NCBI GenBank assembly: GCA_963675525.2
Contig: CAXXSL010000016.1
Span: 832,001-896,000, forward strand
Length of the DNA stretch: 64,000 nucleotides
From: Anaerohalosphaeraceae bacterium
Lineage (GTDB): Bacteria > Planctomycetota > Phycisphaerae > Sedimentisphaerales > Anaerohalosphaeraceae
Direction of reading: 5' to 3'
How positions within the stretch are numbered: the stretch's first letter is position 1; every line of letters starts with the position of its first letter. The translations under genes and the position numbers were made by a program. The notes under the pieces are model-generated. The model saw nothing but the letters and a program-made list of their open reading frames with translations. It was not told the DNA's origin and searched no databases. Shown one piece after another: positions 46,977-57,505 of the stretch.

Positions 46977-47852
46977 TTGTCAGAAAAGGTGCTTAAATTA
47001 GGAATACCCAAAGGGAGTTTGCAGAACGCGACATTCGATTTATTTGAAAAAGCCGGTTTTAACGTCTCCGGCTTCGAACGGAGTTATTTTCCGCGGATCG
47101 ACGATCCCGAGATCCAGTTGATCATGCTGCGTGCTCAGGAGATGAGCCGGTATGTCGAAGACGGCGTTTTGGATGCCGGGTTTACCGGGTATGACTGGAT
47201 TTGTGAGAATAATTCAGATGTTTACGAAGTGTGCGAACTGCAGTACAGCAAGGCCACATCAAATCCGGCGCGGTGGGTATTGGCGGTTCCGAATGAGTCA
47301 AACATTAACAAACCGGAAGACCTGGAAGGCGGCATCATTGCCACTGAACTGGTTAACGCGACCAAACGCTATTTTGAGGATAAGAAGATCAATGTCAAAG
47401 TGGAGTTCAGTTGGGGTGCGACCGAAGTGAAAGCGCGCCTGGTTAACGGGATCGTGGAACTGACCGAAACCGGGTCTTCGATCCGCGCGAACAACCTGAA
47501 GATTATAGACACGCTGATGACCTCGACGACGCGTTTTATTGCTAACAAGAAAGCCTGGATCGACGGTTTCAAGAAACAAAAGGTTGAAAGCATTGCGATT
47601 TTGCTGAATGCGGCGATTGACGCCAAAACGCGTGTGGGCCTGAAAATGAATGTTAAGAAAGGCGATATTGAGAACATCTTAAAATTGCTGCCGGCGGAAA
47701 AGAGCCCGACAATCTCATCGTTGGCCGATTCAGATTATGCAGCGATCGAGATCATTGTGGAAGAAAAGGTTGAACGTGAGTTGATTCCTCAATTGAAGCG
47801 CGCGGGCGCCTCGGGCATCTTCACGTATCCGTTGAACAAAGTGATTCATTAA
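46977..47852 (+). CDS. hisG: ATP phosphoribosyltransferase (long form)
   Basis: LGIPKGSL, LDAGFTGYDW, SWGATE, TETGSS, C-terminal regulatory domain (SPTISSL). Confidence 0.95.
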   Translation: MSEKVLKLGIPKGSLQNATFDLFEKAGFNVSGFERSYFPRIDDPEIQLIMLRAQEMSRYVEDGVLDAGFTGYDWICENNSDVYEVCELQYSKATSNPARWVLAVPNESNINKPEDLEGGIIATELVNATKRYFEDKKINVKVEFSWGATEVKARLVNGIVELTETGSSIRANNLKIIDTLMTSTTRFIANKKAWIDGFKKQKVESIAILLNAAIDAKTRVGLKMNVKKGDIENILKLLPAEKSPTISSLADSDYAAIEIIVEEKVERELIPQLKRAGASGIFTYPLNKVIH

Positions 47853-47890
47853 CCGGTTGGTGATGAAACGTATTTAAAGGGTAACAGAGC

Positions 47891-48640
47891 ATGTCAGGAC
47901 ATTCTCATTGGGCGGGCATTAAGCATAAAAAGGCCGCCAACGATGCTAAACGCGGTAAAGTATGGAGCAAGATCGCTCGTATCATCATTATGGCGGCCAA
48001 AGCCGGCGGCGGGGACCCGAGTCAGAACCTGACGCTGCGCTATGCGATTGACAAGGCCAAAGCCGCCAACATGCCCAAGGATACCATCGAAAAGGCGATC
48101 AAGAAAGGCACCGGTGAATTAGGGGCGGTCAATTACGAAGAGGTCTTATATGAAGGCTATGCCCCCGGCGGCGTGGCGATCATGGTCGAAGGCCTGACGG
48201 ACAACCGCAACCGGACCGGACCGGAGATCAAAAAGATATTTGAAAAACGCGGCGGTGCCCTCGGTGCCAGCGGGTGTGTCAACTGGATGTTCAAGAAAAA
48301 AGGGCTCATCACCGTTAAGACCACCGATGCGATTGAAGATGATTTGATGGATATCGCCCTGTCGGCGGGTGCGGATGATATGCAAAACACCGGCGAAATA
48401 TTTGAAATCACTTGTGATCCGGATGCTTACAACGAACTGAAAACCGCTCTGGAAGAAAAAAACGTTGCGATCGATTCGGCAGAGCTGTCAATGGTGCCGG
48501 ATACGACGGTGCCCGTCAAAGACCCTGAGACAGCACGAAAAATCCTCAATCTTATGGAAGAGTTTGAGGATCATGATGACGTGCAGGAGGTTTATGCCAA
48601 CTTCGATATTCCGGACGAGATTCTTGAGAAAATGGAATAA
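47891..48640 (+). CDS. yebC: YebC/PmpR family protein
   Basis: MSGHSHWAGIKHKK, YEGYAPGG, TDNRNRT, DDVQEVYAN. Confidence 0.96.
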   Translation: MSGHSHWAGIKHKKAANDAKRGKVWSKIARIIIMAAKAGGGDPSQNLTLRYAIDKAKAANMPKDTIEKAIKKGTGELGAVNYEEVLYEGYAPGGVAIMVEGLTDNRNRTGPEIKKIFEKRGGALGASGCVNWMFKKKGLITVKTTDAIEDDLMDIALSAGADDMQNTGEIFEITCDPDAYNELKTALEEKNVAIDSAELSMVPDTTVPVKDPETARKILNLMEEFEDHDDVQEVYANFDIPDEILEKME

Positions 48641-48680
48641 TACACACGAATACTGCTGGTCCCCAAAGGAAGATTTTCCA

Positions 48681-48716
48681 AAGGCGAAACGAATTTAAGA
48701 TCGTTTCGCCTTTTTT
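48681..48716 (+). terminator. intrinsic terminator after yebC
   Basis: AAGGCGAAACGA / TCGTTTCGCCTT stem plus T run. Confidence 0.8.
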
Positions 48717-48753
48717 GTTGCGGTCTGTTCGGGAAGGTTTTAGAATCGGTTGT

Positions 48754-49029
48754 ATGGAACAGGTGGCCAGACAGGTTGTTTTTAAGGGACGTGTGCAGGG
48801 GGTTGGTTTTCGCTATACCACACATCGTATTGCCCGTCAGTATGATCTAAGCGGTTATGTGCGGAATTCGCCGGATGGTTCTGTGGAAGCTATTTTACAG
48901 GGAACCAAAGCGAACATTCAGGCTTGTATCCGTGAGATTCAGGACGCTTTTAACGGATACATCCGCGATACGAAATCCACCGAGCAGCCAGTCAATCCGC
49001 ACTATTATGATTTCAGGATCACCTACTAA
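48754..49029 (+). CDS. acyP: acylphosphatase
   Basis: GRVQGVGFR, GYVRNSPDGSVE. Confidence 0.93.
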   Translation: MEQVARQVVFKGRVQGVGFRYTTHRIARQYDLSGYVRNSPDGSVEAILQGTKANIQACIREIQDAFNGYIRDTKSTEQPVNPHYYDFRITY

Positions 49030-49067
49030 TAAACGGTATGGATGTATAAACTTTTAGGGGAAATGTC

Positions 49068-50783
49068 ATGCGACGGAGCCGGTTTTTTCGAAATAGTGTA
49101 GTTGTTTGTATATTATCAATTCTGCTGATTTCTATTTTGTTGCATCCCTGCAAAGCCGACGTTCCGGCGGTGGTGACGATACGGGTGGATTTCTCGAGGC
49201 CCGTCGGTCTCATGAAGCCGGTGTGGGCTTGGTTCGGCTATGATGAGCCGAACTATACGTATATGAAGGATGGAAAAAAGCTGTTGTCGGAGATCGCCGC
49301 ATTAAGCCCTGTGCCGGTTTATGTGCGAGCGCACAATCTGATGTGTACGGGGAATGGTGTGCATGCTCTGAAATGGGGCTCGACGAATATGTACACAGAG
49401 GATGAAAACGGCAATCCCATTTACAACTGGACGATCATTGATAAAATTTTCGATACGTATGTTCATCGCGGCATGAAGCCCCTGGCCCAGATCGGGTTTA
49501 TGCCCGAAGCCCTTTCGACGAACCCGCAACCCTATCAGCATCAATGGCGGCCCGGGATCCCTTATAAGGAAATCTTTACCGGCTGGGCCTATCCGCCAAA
49601 GGACTTTGAAAAGTGGGGTGAGCTGGTCTATCAATGGGTTAGCCACTGCGTGTCGCGTTACGGAAAAGAAGAGGTTGCAAGCTGGTATTGGGAGCTGTGG
49701 AACGAGCCGGACAGTCCGTACTGGCAGGGAACGACGGAAGAATACTGCAAACTTTATGATTATGCCGCCGATGCGGTCAGGCGGGCGATGCCAACGGCGA
49801 AAATCGGCGGCCCGCATGTAACCGGTCCGGCAGGCGACCGGGCGGCGCGTTTTTTGCGGCATTTTCTGCAGCATTGCGCCGACGGCACCAATGCCGTTAC
49901 GGGCAAGACAGGTACGCCGCTTGATTTTATTGCCTTTCATGCCAAAGGAGCGCCGCGGGTTGTCGATGGACACGTTCGCATGAACATGGGACGTCAACTA
50001 CGTGACATCTCCAGCGGTTTTGAAATCGTGGCTTCATTCGAACGGTTTAAGACGCTGCCGGTTATTATCGGAGAATCTGATCCGGAAGGCTGTGCGGCCT
50101 GCTCGATGCAGGACTACCCGGAAAACGCCTATCGCAACGGAACCATGTATTCCAGTTATACGGCCGCGTCGTTTGCCCGCAAATACGCGCTGGCCGATCA
50201 TTTCGGTGTCAATTTTCTCGGTGCCGTTTCGTGGTCATTTGAGTTTGAAGGCCAGCCGTGGTTTAACGGTTATCGTGACCTGGCGACCAACGGTGTCGAT
50301 AAGCCGGTCTTAAATGTCTTTCGCATGTTCGGCATGATGTCAGGGCAGCGCGTAGAAGTTGACTGTGATCTGGCCTATGACGTGATGACGGTGCGCGACG
50401 CCAGTGTTCGCGGGGACAAGTCGGATATTAACGCATTGGCGACGATTGATGAGTATTCGGCGTGTGTGATGGTGTGGAACTATCACGATGACGATATTGA
50501 ATCGCCCGCCTCGCCGGTTACGGTTGAGATTGCCGGTATTCCGGTCTCGAAAGCACAAGCTTATCATTATCGCATCGACCGGGAACACAGTAATGCGTAT
50601 GAAGTCTGGAAAACGATGGGATCTCCGCAGAATCCGACACCCGAACAGGTCGCGGAGCTTGAAAAGTCGGGCCAGTTGAAACTGCTGACGTCGCCGGAGT
50701 GGATCAAGGTTAAGGATGGAAAAACGTCTGTTTCGATGCAGTTGCCGCGACAGGGAGTTTCGTTGCTGAAATTCATCTGGTAA
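49068..50783 (+). CDS. GH39 beta-xylosidase
   Basis: signal peptide; FGYDEPNYTY, WELWNEPD (acid/base), IIGESDPEGCAAC. Confidence 0.9.
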   Translation: MRRSRFFRNSVVVCILSILLISILLHPCKADVPAVVTIRVDFSRPVGLMKPVWAWFGYDEPNYTYMKDGKKLLSEIAALSPVPVYVRAHNLMCTGNGVHALKWGSTNMYTEDENGNPIYNWTIIDKIFDTYVHRGMKPLAQIGFMPEALSTNPQPYQHQWRPGIPYKEIFTGWAYPPKDFEKWGELVYQWVSHCVSRYGKEEVASWYWELWNEPDSPYWQGTTEEYCKLYDYAADAVRRAMPTAKIGGPHVTGPAGDRAARFLRHFLQHCADGTNAVTGKTGTPLDFIAFHAKGAPRVVDGHVRMNMGRQLRDISSGFEIVASFERFKTLPVIIGESDPEGCAACSMQDYPENAYRNGTMYSSYTAASFARKYALADHFGVNFLGAVSWSFEFEGQPWFNGYRDLATNGVDKPVLNVFRMFGMMSGQRVEVDCDLAYDVMTVRDASVRGDKSDINALATIDEYSACVMVWNYHDDDIESPASPVTVEIAGIPVSKAQAYHYRIDREHSNAYEVWKTMGSPQNPTPEQVAELEKSGQLKLLTSPEWIKVKDGKTSVSMQLPRQGVSLLKFIW

Positions 50784-50827
50784 ATTATATCCGCTTTTGA
50801 AATTGATTGGGGTTAAAAGGAATGTGT

Positions 50828-53380
50828 ATGGTCATTACAGGCAGAAATCGGTCATTGTACGGCGTCATTTTTTGGATTTATGTGTTCATCGGCACCGTCG
50901 CCGTTGCTGGCGGCACACAAGCCGATTATGACCGTGCCAAAAAACTAAACGCGCGGTTCCAAAATAAAGTTTACCGCAAGCAGATCGAGCCGCACTGGTT
51001 TGATGGCAATACCAAATTCTGGTATCAGGTGCAAACGGGTCCAGCCTCGTACGAATGTATTTTGGCTGATGCCGATGCGGGTACGCGCAAGCCGGCCTTC
51101 GATCATGCCCGTCTGGCAGAAGCACTGACGCAGGCAGGCGTTGAAGAAATCAACTCTAACCAACTGCCGCTGGAAAAGTTGGAGTTTAACCCAACTAAAA
51201 ATACCTTACAGTTTCAGACGGGCGGAAAGGTGTGGCAGTGTGACCTGGAAATCTATAAATTAGAGGTCATCTCCGAGGCACAGGAAGAATCCCTTCCGGC
51301 CTACCGTGTCGGCAGGAGGCCGCCGTCCAGTCGGCGAACGGGTGAACCGACGATCATCACATTTATCAATCGTACAGACGAACAAGTGGAATTGATCTGG
51401 CTCAGTACCGGCGGGGGACAGGTCAGTTATGGTACACTGGGCCGGGGCCAACAGCGCGAGCAGAATACCTACGACGGACACCTGTGGCTGATTGCCGATG
51501 CCAATGAAGTGGCGATTTGTTTTTATCGAGCGATCGATAAAAAGGCCAAAGCGGTGATCGGGGCCCAAGAGCCTCAGCCGTTTAATCCGCGCCGCGGGTT
51601 CAACTCGCGCAGGCCCCAGACCGACCGGCGGCCGAACGGACTTTCGCCGGATGGTGTATACCGGGCATTTGTCCGGGACAATAATGTCGGGCTGCGCGAA
51701 GAAAACAGCGGCAAGGAAACGATGCTGACACAGGACGGCAGCGCCGAGAATGGTTATATCGAAGAATTTTACTGGTCACCGGATTCAAAAAAGCTGGCGT
51801 CCATTCGACGAAAAAAAGGACAGGAGCATCCCGTCTATTTTGTTGAATCATCACCGGCCGACCAGATTGAGCCGAAGCTGCATTCGTTTAATTATCGAAA
51901 GCCCGGTGACAAGGTCGATATTGACCGGCCGTGTCTGTTTGATGTCGAAACACAAATACAGATTCCCGTCAGTGATGAACTGTTTGCCAACCCGTATAAT
52001 GTGTTTGATTATCACTGGTCGCCCGAATCGAGGCGCTTTACCTTTACGTATAATCAACGCGGCCACCAAATCCTGCGGGTGGTGGCTGTTGATCTGAACA
52101 ACGGAGCGGCTAAATCGGTCATCGAGGAAACCAGCGAGAAATTTATCTGTTATTCGAGCAAGTATTACTGTGAATATCTGGACGAGACGGATGAGATTGT
52201 CTGGATGTCCGAACGTGACGGCTGGAATCACCTGTATCTGTACGATGGCAAGACCGGTACCGTGAAGAATCAGATCACGAAAGGCCCGTGGGTGGTTCGC
52301 CAGGTTGACCGGGTTGATTCCGACCGACGGCAGATCTGGTTTCAGGCTTCCGGTATCTATCCGGAGCAGGACCCATACTATATTCATTATGCCAAAATGA
52401 ATTTAGACGGCTCCGGCCTGACGCTGCTGACCGACGGCGACGGGACACACACGGTGCAGTTTTCGCCGGATCACCGCTTTCTGGTGGATACATACTCCCG
52501 CGTGGATATGCCGCCTGTCCATGAACTGCGCCGCAGCGACAATGGCAAAAAGATTTGTGAACTGGAGCGGGCCGATTGGAGTAATTTGTTAGATGCCGGC
52601 TGGCAGGTGCCGCAGCGCTTTGTTGCCAAAGGACGCGACGGGAAGACGGATATTTACGGTATTATGATTCGCCCGACGACATTTGACCCGAATCAGTCGT
52701 ACCCGGTGATTGAGGATATTTATGCCGGGCCGCACGACTCATTTGTTCCGAAAGATTTTAACACCTCCTATGGGATGCAGAAAATCGCCGAGCTGGGTTT
52801 TATTGCAGTTAAGATTGACGGCATGGGCACCTCGAACCGTTCCAAGGCGTTTCATGATGTCTGCTGGAAGAACCTGGCGGACGCTGGATTACCCGACCGT
52901 ATCTTGTGGATGAAAGCGGCGGCGAAAAAATACCCGTACATGGATTTGTCACGCGTGGGGGTTTACGGACCATCAGCAGGCGGACAAAGCGCCGCCGCGG
53001 CGGTCCTGACGCATGGTGATTTCTATAAAGTTGCGGTCGCCGATTGCGGTTGTCATGATAACCGCATGGACAAGATTTGGTGGAACGAACAGTGGATGGG
53101 TTGGCCCGTCGGCCCGGAGTATGCGGCCAATTCCAATGTGACGCTGGCGAAGAATCTGACAGGCAAGCTGTTGTTGATGGTCGGCGAAATGGATCGCAAC
53201 GTGGACCCGGCCTCCACGATGCAGGTGGTCAACGCACTGATCAAAGCAGACAAAGATTTCGACTTATTGGTGGTGCCCGGCGCCGGGCACGGTGTGGCAG
53301 GGGGTCAATATGCCGCCCGCCGACAGGCCGACTACTTCGTCCGGCACCTGCTGGGTGTCGAACCGCGAAGCAAACCGTGA
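50828..53380 (+). CDS. S9 family (dipeptidyl peptidase IV-like) serine peptidase with VHL-beta-like insert
   Basis: propeller WSPDS and SERDGWNHLY; GPSAGG nucleophile, D.NV, GH; ORF open from 50807. Confidence 0.9.
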   Translation: MVITGRNRSLYGVIFWIYVFIGTVAVAGGTQADYDRAKKLNARFQNKVYRKQIEPHWFDGNTKFWYQVQTGPASYECILADADAGTRKPAFDHARLAEALTQAGVEEINSNQLPLEKLEFNPTKNTLQFQTGGKVWQCDLEIYKLEVISEAQEESLPAYRVGRRPPSSRRTGEPTIITFINRTDEQVELIWLSTGGGQVSYGTLGRGQQREQNTYDGHLWLIADANEVAICFYRAIDKKAKAVIGAQEPQPFNPRRGFNSRRPQTDRRPNGLSPDGVYRAFVRDNNVGLREENSGKETMLTQDGSAENGYIEEFYWSPDSKKLASIRRKKGQEHPVYFVESSPADQIEPKLHSFNYRKPGDKVDIDRPCLFDVETQIQIPVSDELFANPYNVFDYHWSPESRRFTFTYNQRGHQILRVVAVDLNNGAAKSVIEETSEKFICYSSKYYCEYLDETDEIVWMSERDGWNHLYLYDGKTGTVKNQITKGPWVVRQVDRVDSDRRQIWFQASGIYPEQDPYYIHYAKMNLDGSGLTLLTDGDGTHTVQFSPDHRFLVDTYSRVDMPPVHELRRSDNGKKICELERADWSNLLDAGWQVPQRFVAKGRDGKTDIYGIMIRPTTFDPNQSYPVIEDIYAGPHDSFVPKDFNTSYGMQKIAELGFIAVKIDGMGTSNRSKAFHDVCWKNLADAGLPDRILWMKAAAKKYPYMDLSRVGVYGPSAGGQSAAAAVLTHGDFYKVAVADCGCHDNRMDKIWWNEQWMGWPVGPEYAANSNVTLAKNLTGKLLLMVGEMDRNVDPASTMQVVNALIKADKDFDLLVVPGAGHGVAGGQYAARRQADYFVRHLLGVEPRSKP

Positions 53381-53395
53381 CCGTTAAAATGGAAA

Positions 53396-53998
53396 TTACG
53401 GCGAGGTTGCAAAGTTTTTTCGCAGTGTTTCGGTGTCCAGTTTTTCGATAAATTTTGGCAGGCCCGAAAAGATTTCGTGAAAACCAAACGGGCCGTTGCG
53501 CATTTCGTCGATGGCTTTTTCGGTGTCCCAGCCCTCGATGACAACCCGGTAAATCGCCACCATTGTTCCGGTACGGTCGGCGCCATGCTGACAATGCACA
53601 AACACCGGCTGCTTATTCGGATTCGTAACGATCTTCAAAAAAGCTTCGATTTCGTCCTGCTCCGGGTCCCAGGCTTCCATGCGTATGTGCTCATAGGTCA
53701 GCGATGCGCCTTCCAACTCATCCCGGTCGGAGTGAAGTGATCGCAAATTGACCACCGTTTTAATGCCGAGCTTTTGAAGTTCCTTAAATCCTTCCGCCGT
53801 CGGCTGCTCACCTCGATACAGCGTATCCGATACCTTATACAGATTTCCGCAGCCCGGCAGATCGATCTTTTCAGTCGGTGTAAACTGTGACGGGTCCCTT
53901 TGTTCTGCGGTTGACTGATTTGGGGTTTTATCGCAGCCGCAGAAGATTGGTAACACGATCAGAATAGACAGAACGCTTAGTCGGATCAGGTTTTTCAT
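53396..53998 (-). CDS. tyrosine/dual-specificity phosphatase family lipoprotein
   Basis: lipobox FCGC; LYRGEQP, VHCQHGADRTG (CX5R). Confidence 0.9.
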   Translation of the reverse strand: MKNLIRLSVLSILIVLPIFCGCDKTPNQSTAEQRDPSQFTPTEKIDLPGCGNLYKVSDTLYRGEQPTAEGFKELQKLGIKTVVNLRSLHSDRDELEGASLTYEHIRMEAWDPEQDEIEAFLKIVTNPNKQPVFVHCQHGADRTGTMVAIYRVVIEGWDTEKAIDEMRNGPFGFHEIFSGLPKFIEKLDTETLRKNFATSP

Positions 53999-54066
53999 GG
54001 CAACATCCTTTTTTTCAATCGACTACATTTATTTTTTAAGCAGCTCAAAAAAAGGCCGACTTTCCT

Positions 54067-55200
54067 TCAGGGAGATTTGAGTTTTTTTTCGCAGACGGCC
54101 AGGTTATCTAATCGATTGACGATATCCAGATGCTGCGTGCAGGCCATCTCACAGCGTCCGCACTGCACACAATCGGACGCATTAGCATGACGGTCGGCGA
54201 GGATGCCCCATTGCCGTTCAAAGCCCAGATCCCTGGTCATCTCGGCATCCGTTTTGCTGCGCAGCAGTTTGTTATTGTAAAACTGCATGAATGAAGCGAT
54301 GGGGATATCGACCGGGCAGCGTCCCATGCAGTATCCGCAGCCGGTACACAGCTTGTCCATGTTGTTGGAGACATGGTTGCGAATGCGCTCGACATCTTCG
54401 TCGCTGAACGGTTTGGCATGATTGGCGACCTTGCAGGCGGTGTCGATATGCTCTTTCGTCGTGAAGCCGTTCAGGGTGATCGTGATCTGCGGACAGCTAA
54501 TGCAGAAACGCAGGGCCGCTTCAGTGGGCGTTTCACCAACATCGGCCAAAAATGCCAGTGAAGATTCGTTTTGCGGTATAACGCCGCCGGCCAGGGGATT
54601 CATTGCGATAACCCCGAGACCCAGTTTGTGCGCCGCCTGTACACCGTCCCAGCGATAGAGAAAGTTCAGGATATTGACGCCCAGCAATACGCCTTCGAAT
54701 TCGTTTTTGCTGACCATCTCCTCGACTTCGGGCCCGCGCAGATGAGTCGAAACGACAATATGTTTGATCTTGCCCTGCTCTTTGCATTTAAGCAGGCCTT
54801 CGTATTGGCCCCCGGGTTTCATGGCTAATTCATATTCACTCCAGCGCCGAATGCACCAGACGTGATAGAAATCAATATACTCGGTGTTCAGCCGCCGGAG
54901 CGATTTTTCAACTTGTGCCTGTGCCTTTTCGGCCGTGTCGAAGTTTTCCGGCATACCCTTGGTCGAGACGTAAAATTGTTCGCGTTTGGCTGCCATCTGT
55001 TTGATCGCGACACCGAAAATGGCCTCGCTCTTATCGTCGCAGTACCCCGGCGCCGTGTCCAGATAGTTAATGCCTTTGTCGACCGCATACCGCAGCAGCT
55101 CAGCGTTGGTTTCGTTAGACTGTTTGGTATCGAACCGCATCCCGCCGAACCCGACGGCGCTGACATTAATTCCCGTTTTTCCGTATAGTTTGTAAATCAT
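54067..55200 (-). CDS. aldo/keto reductase with C-terminal 4Fe-4S motifs
   Basis: GFGGMRF, GINYLDTAPGY, AMNPLAGG; CTGCGYC..CP and CVQCGRC...C. Confidence 0.92.
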   Translation of the reverse strand: MIYKLYGKTGINVSAVGFGGMRFDTKQSNETNAELLRYAVDKGINYLDTAPGYCDDKSEAIFGVAIKQMAAKREQFYVSTKGMPENFDTAEKAQAQVEKSLRRLNTEYIDFYHVWCIRRWSEYELAMKPGGQYEGLLKCKEQGKIKHIVVSTHLRGPEVEEMVSKNEFEGVLLGVNILNFLYRWDGVQAAHKLGLGVIAMNPLAGGVIPQNESSLAFLADVGETPTEAALRFCISCPQITITLNGFTTKEHIDTACKVANHAKPFSDEDVERIRNHVSNNMDKLCTGCGYCMGRCPVDIPIASFMQFYNNKLLRSKTDAEMTRDLGFERQWGILADRHANASDCVQCGRCEMACTQHLDIVNRLDNLAVCEKKLKSP

Positions 55201-55215
55201 AAAATCTCCAGATTA

Positions 55216-56703
55216 TTAATCCGCCGGTACGCAGCGGCCCTGCGCCCAGTCGTAAAGCTGCTGGACGTGCTCGGCCATTGTGACAGAAATCGGAGGCGAG
55301 GCTTGCGTACATTTAATCAACAGGTCCGTGTCCAGATCTGTGCCGCCTTCAAAGGCCTCATGCAGGGCACTGAGGACGGCCTGTTCGATCTCGGCGCCGC
55401 TGTAGCCGTCAGAGATTTCGGCGAGTTTGTCCAGGTCGAATTTTTCCGGATCCCGTTTGCGTTTGGTGAGATGAATTTTAAAGATAGCCTTGCGGGCTTC
55501 CGTTCCGGGGAGACGAACAAAGAAGATCTCATCAAAGCGTCCCTTTCGCAGCAATTCCGGCGGCAGTGCCTGAATGTCATTAGCCGTGGCGACCAGAAAG
55601 ACCGCCTCGCGGTGTTCCTGCATCCAGGTCAGCAGTGTGGCGAACATGCGTTTACTCAATCCCCCGTCCGTACTATGGGATGCTGCGGAGGCAAAGGCCT
55701 TTTCGATCTCGTCGATCCACAGAATCGCCGGGCTCATCGCCTCGATCTGCCGTAAGGCTTTTCGCAGGTTACGTTCCGATTCTCCGACGAAGCTGTTATA
55801 CAGCGTCCCGCAATCAAGACGGTACAACGGCTGCTGCCAGGCAGTCGCAATGGCTTTGGCGCACAGGCTCTTGCCGGCACCCTGTATGCCCAGGATCAGC
55901 ACACCCCGCGGAGGAATCAGTCCGAATTCCACCGCCCGGTCACTAAAGGCATCTTTTCGAAGCCCGAGCCATTTTTTCAGATTCGCCATGCCGCCGATTT
56001 CGTCCATGGTCAGCGGCGCCTCGACATAGTCCAGCAATCCGTCGGATTTTATCATCCTGCGTTTGCCGGCGATAATATTGTTTACATCGTGATCATCAAA
56101 TCGGTGATCGTGTGCGACCGCGTCCCAGATCAACTGTTTGGCCTGCCGCAGTGAAAGCCCGCGCAGATTGCGAACGATCGCGGCCAGTCCGCTTTTGGTA
56201 ATCCCTATCTCCAACGGCGTCATGTTGTGGATTTCCCGGAGGGTGTTTCGGATCAGTGTTTCCAACTCCGTTTCTGTCGGCAATGACAGCTCAAATGTGC
56301 GGACATAGGCCTTGATGACATCGGGCAGTTTGTCTTCGCTGTCCAGCAGTACCAGAACACTGCCATTGGCCCCGATGCGGTGGATTCCGTCGCGCAGGCC
56401 GCGCAGTGTGACGCCGGAACTGAGATGACGGGCCAGATCCAGCATCACATAAATAGTTCTGGTGGGCCCCAGCGAAAATTCCTTCAGAGCCTCTTCCGGC
56501 ACCTGGTGAATCGGCGCATCGGGGTAAATAGGAAAAAAACCGTCACGAATTCCCGTGCCAACCGACCATATCTGCATTTTCCACTCAAGCTTGGTTGCAC
56601 TGCGGCGGATCACCTCCAACGCCTCATGTTCCTCATGTGTGACGATGGAGATACACGGATAGCCGCCTTTGATCAGTTGTGTGAATTCACAAGCATCGTC
56701 CAT
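55216..56703 (-). CDS. Ycf46-like AAA+ ATPase
   Basis: IGGMANLKKWL, Walker A GIQGAGKS, Walker B ILWIDEIEK, LPPELLRKGRFDEIFF. Confidence 0.9.
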   Translation of the reverse strand: MDDACEFTQLIKGGYPCISIVTHEEHEALEVIRRSATKLEWKMQIWSVGTGIRDGFFPIYPDAPIHQVPEEALKEFSLGPTRTIYVMLDLARHLSSGVTLRGLRDGIHRIGANGSVLVLLDSEDKLPDVIKAYVRTFELSLPTETELETLIRNTLREIHNMTPLEIGITKSGLAAIVRNLRGLSLRQAKQLIWDAVAHDHRFDDHDVNNIIAGKRRMIKSDGLLDYVEAPLTMDEIGGMANLKKWLGLRKDAFSDRAVEFGLIPPRGVLILGIQGAGKSLCAKAIATAWQQPLYRLDCGTLYNSFVGESERNLRKALRQIEAMSPAILWIDEIEKAFASAASHSTDGGLSKRMFATLLTWMQEHREAVFLVATANDIQALPPELLRKGRFDEIFFVRLPGTEARKAIFKIHLTKRKRDPEKFDLDKLAEISDGYSGAEIEQAVLSALHEAFEGGTDLDTDLLIKCTQASPPISVTMAEHVQQLYDWAQGRCVPAD

Positions 56704-56868
56704 AAACGTTTTTCTCCGTAAAATTCATTCAATTTCCTTTAAAAATACTGCAACCGGCTAAAAATATCAAATATCAATTCTGCAATCAGCTTCTTTTTGA
56801 TCAAATTGAACTTGAAAAGCTTTACGGCGTAGATTAAATAATAGAGTAGTTCTAACGATTGGTGAATC

Positions 56869-57498
56869 ATGAAAAACAGCTTAATAATCCTGTTAATGAC
56901 CGCGGCTGTGTTGCTGTTTGGCTGTGAAAAGGAGGAAACCTCAATGACAAATCAACCCCCCTCAATGACCCAGGACCAACTTAATACTTACCCGGCCGCA
57001 ACGTTTGCAGGGGGATGTTTTTGGGGCGTGGAGTATAATTTCCGAAAGGTTCCCGGTGTGCTCGATACAGCCGTCGGTTTCATGGGTGGTCGAACAGACA
57101 ACCCCTCCTATAAAGACGTCTGCTATACGGATACCAACCATGCCGAGGTCGTGCATCTGCGGTACGACCCGCAAAAAGTGACCTACGAGCAGTTGGTGAG
57201 GATTTTCTTTGTCATGCACGACCCGACGACGCTGAACCGCCAGGGGCCGGATGTCGGCGACCAGTACCGCTCGGCGATCTTTTATGATACGTCCGAGCAA
57301 AAGCAAACCGCTGAAAAGGTCAAGGCTCAACTTAATGCGTCAGGAAAATTTAAACGGCCCATCGTAACGGAGATCACCCCGGCGGACGAATTCTGGAAGG
57401 CCGAAGATTACCATCAGCGGTATATCGAAAAAAATCCACTCCGCTCCTGCCACGTCGTCGATTTCGACGAAATCAAAAAAATCCTGAATGACAAGTGA
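56869..57498 (+). CDS. msrA: peptide-methionine (S)-S-oxide reductase, lipoprotein
   Basis: GGCFWG, HDPTTLNRQGPDVGDQYRS, AEDYHQ; lipobox LFGC. Confidence 0.96.
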   Translation: MKNSLIILLMTAAVLLFGCEKEETSMTNQPPSMTQDQLNTYPAATFAGGCFWGVEYNFRKVPGVLDTAVGFMGGRTDNPSYKDVCYTDTNHAEVVHLRYDPQKVTYEQLVRIFFVMHDPTTLNRQGPDVGDQYRSAIFYDTSEQKQTAEKVKAQLNASGKFKRPIVTEITPADEFWKAEDYHQRYIEKNPLRSCHVVDFDEIKKILNDK

Positions 57499-57505
57499 TA
57501 AGGTT

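Noticed and set aside
55216..56703. Prophage or defence island marked by the Ycf46-like ATPase
   Set aside because: Host-like composition, no phage or partner genes adjacent, apparently co-transcribed with an aldo/keto reductase.
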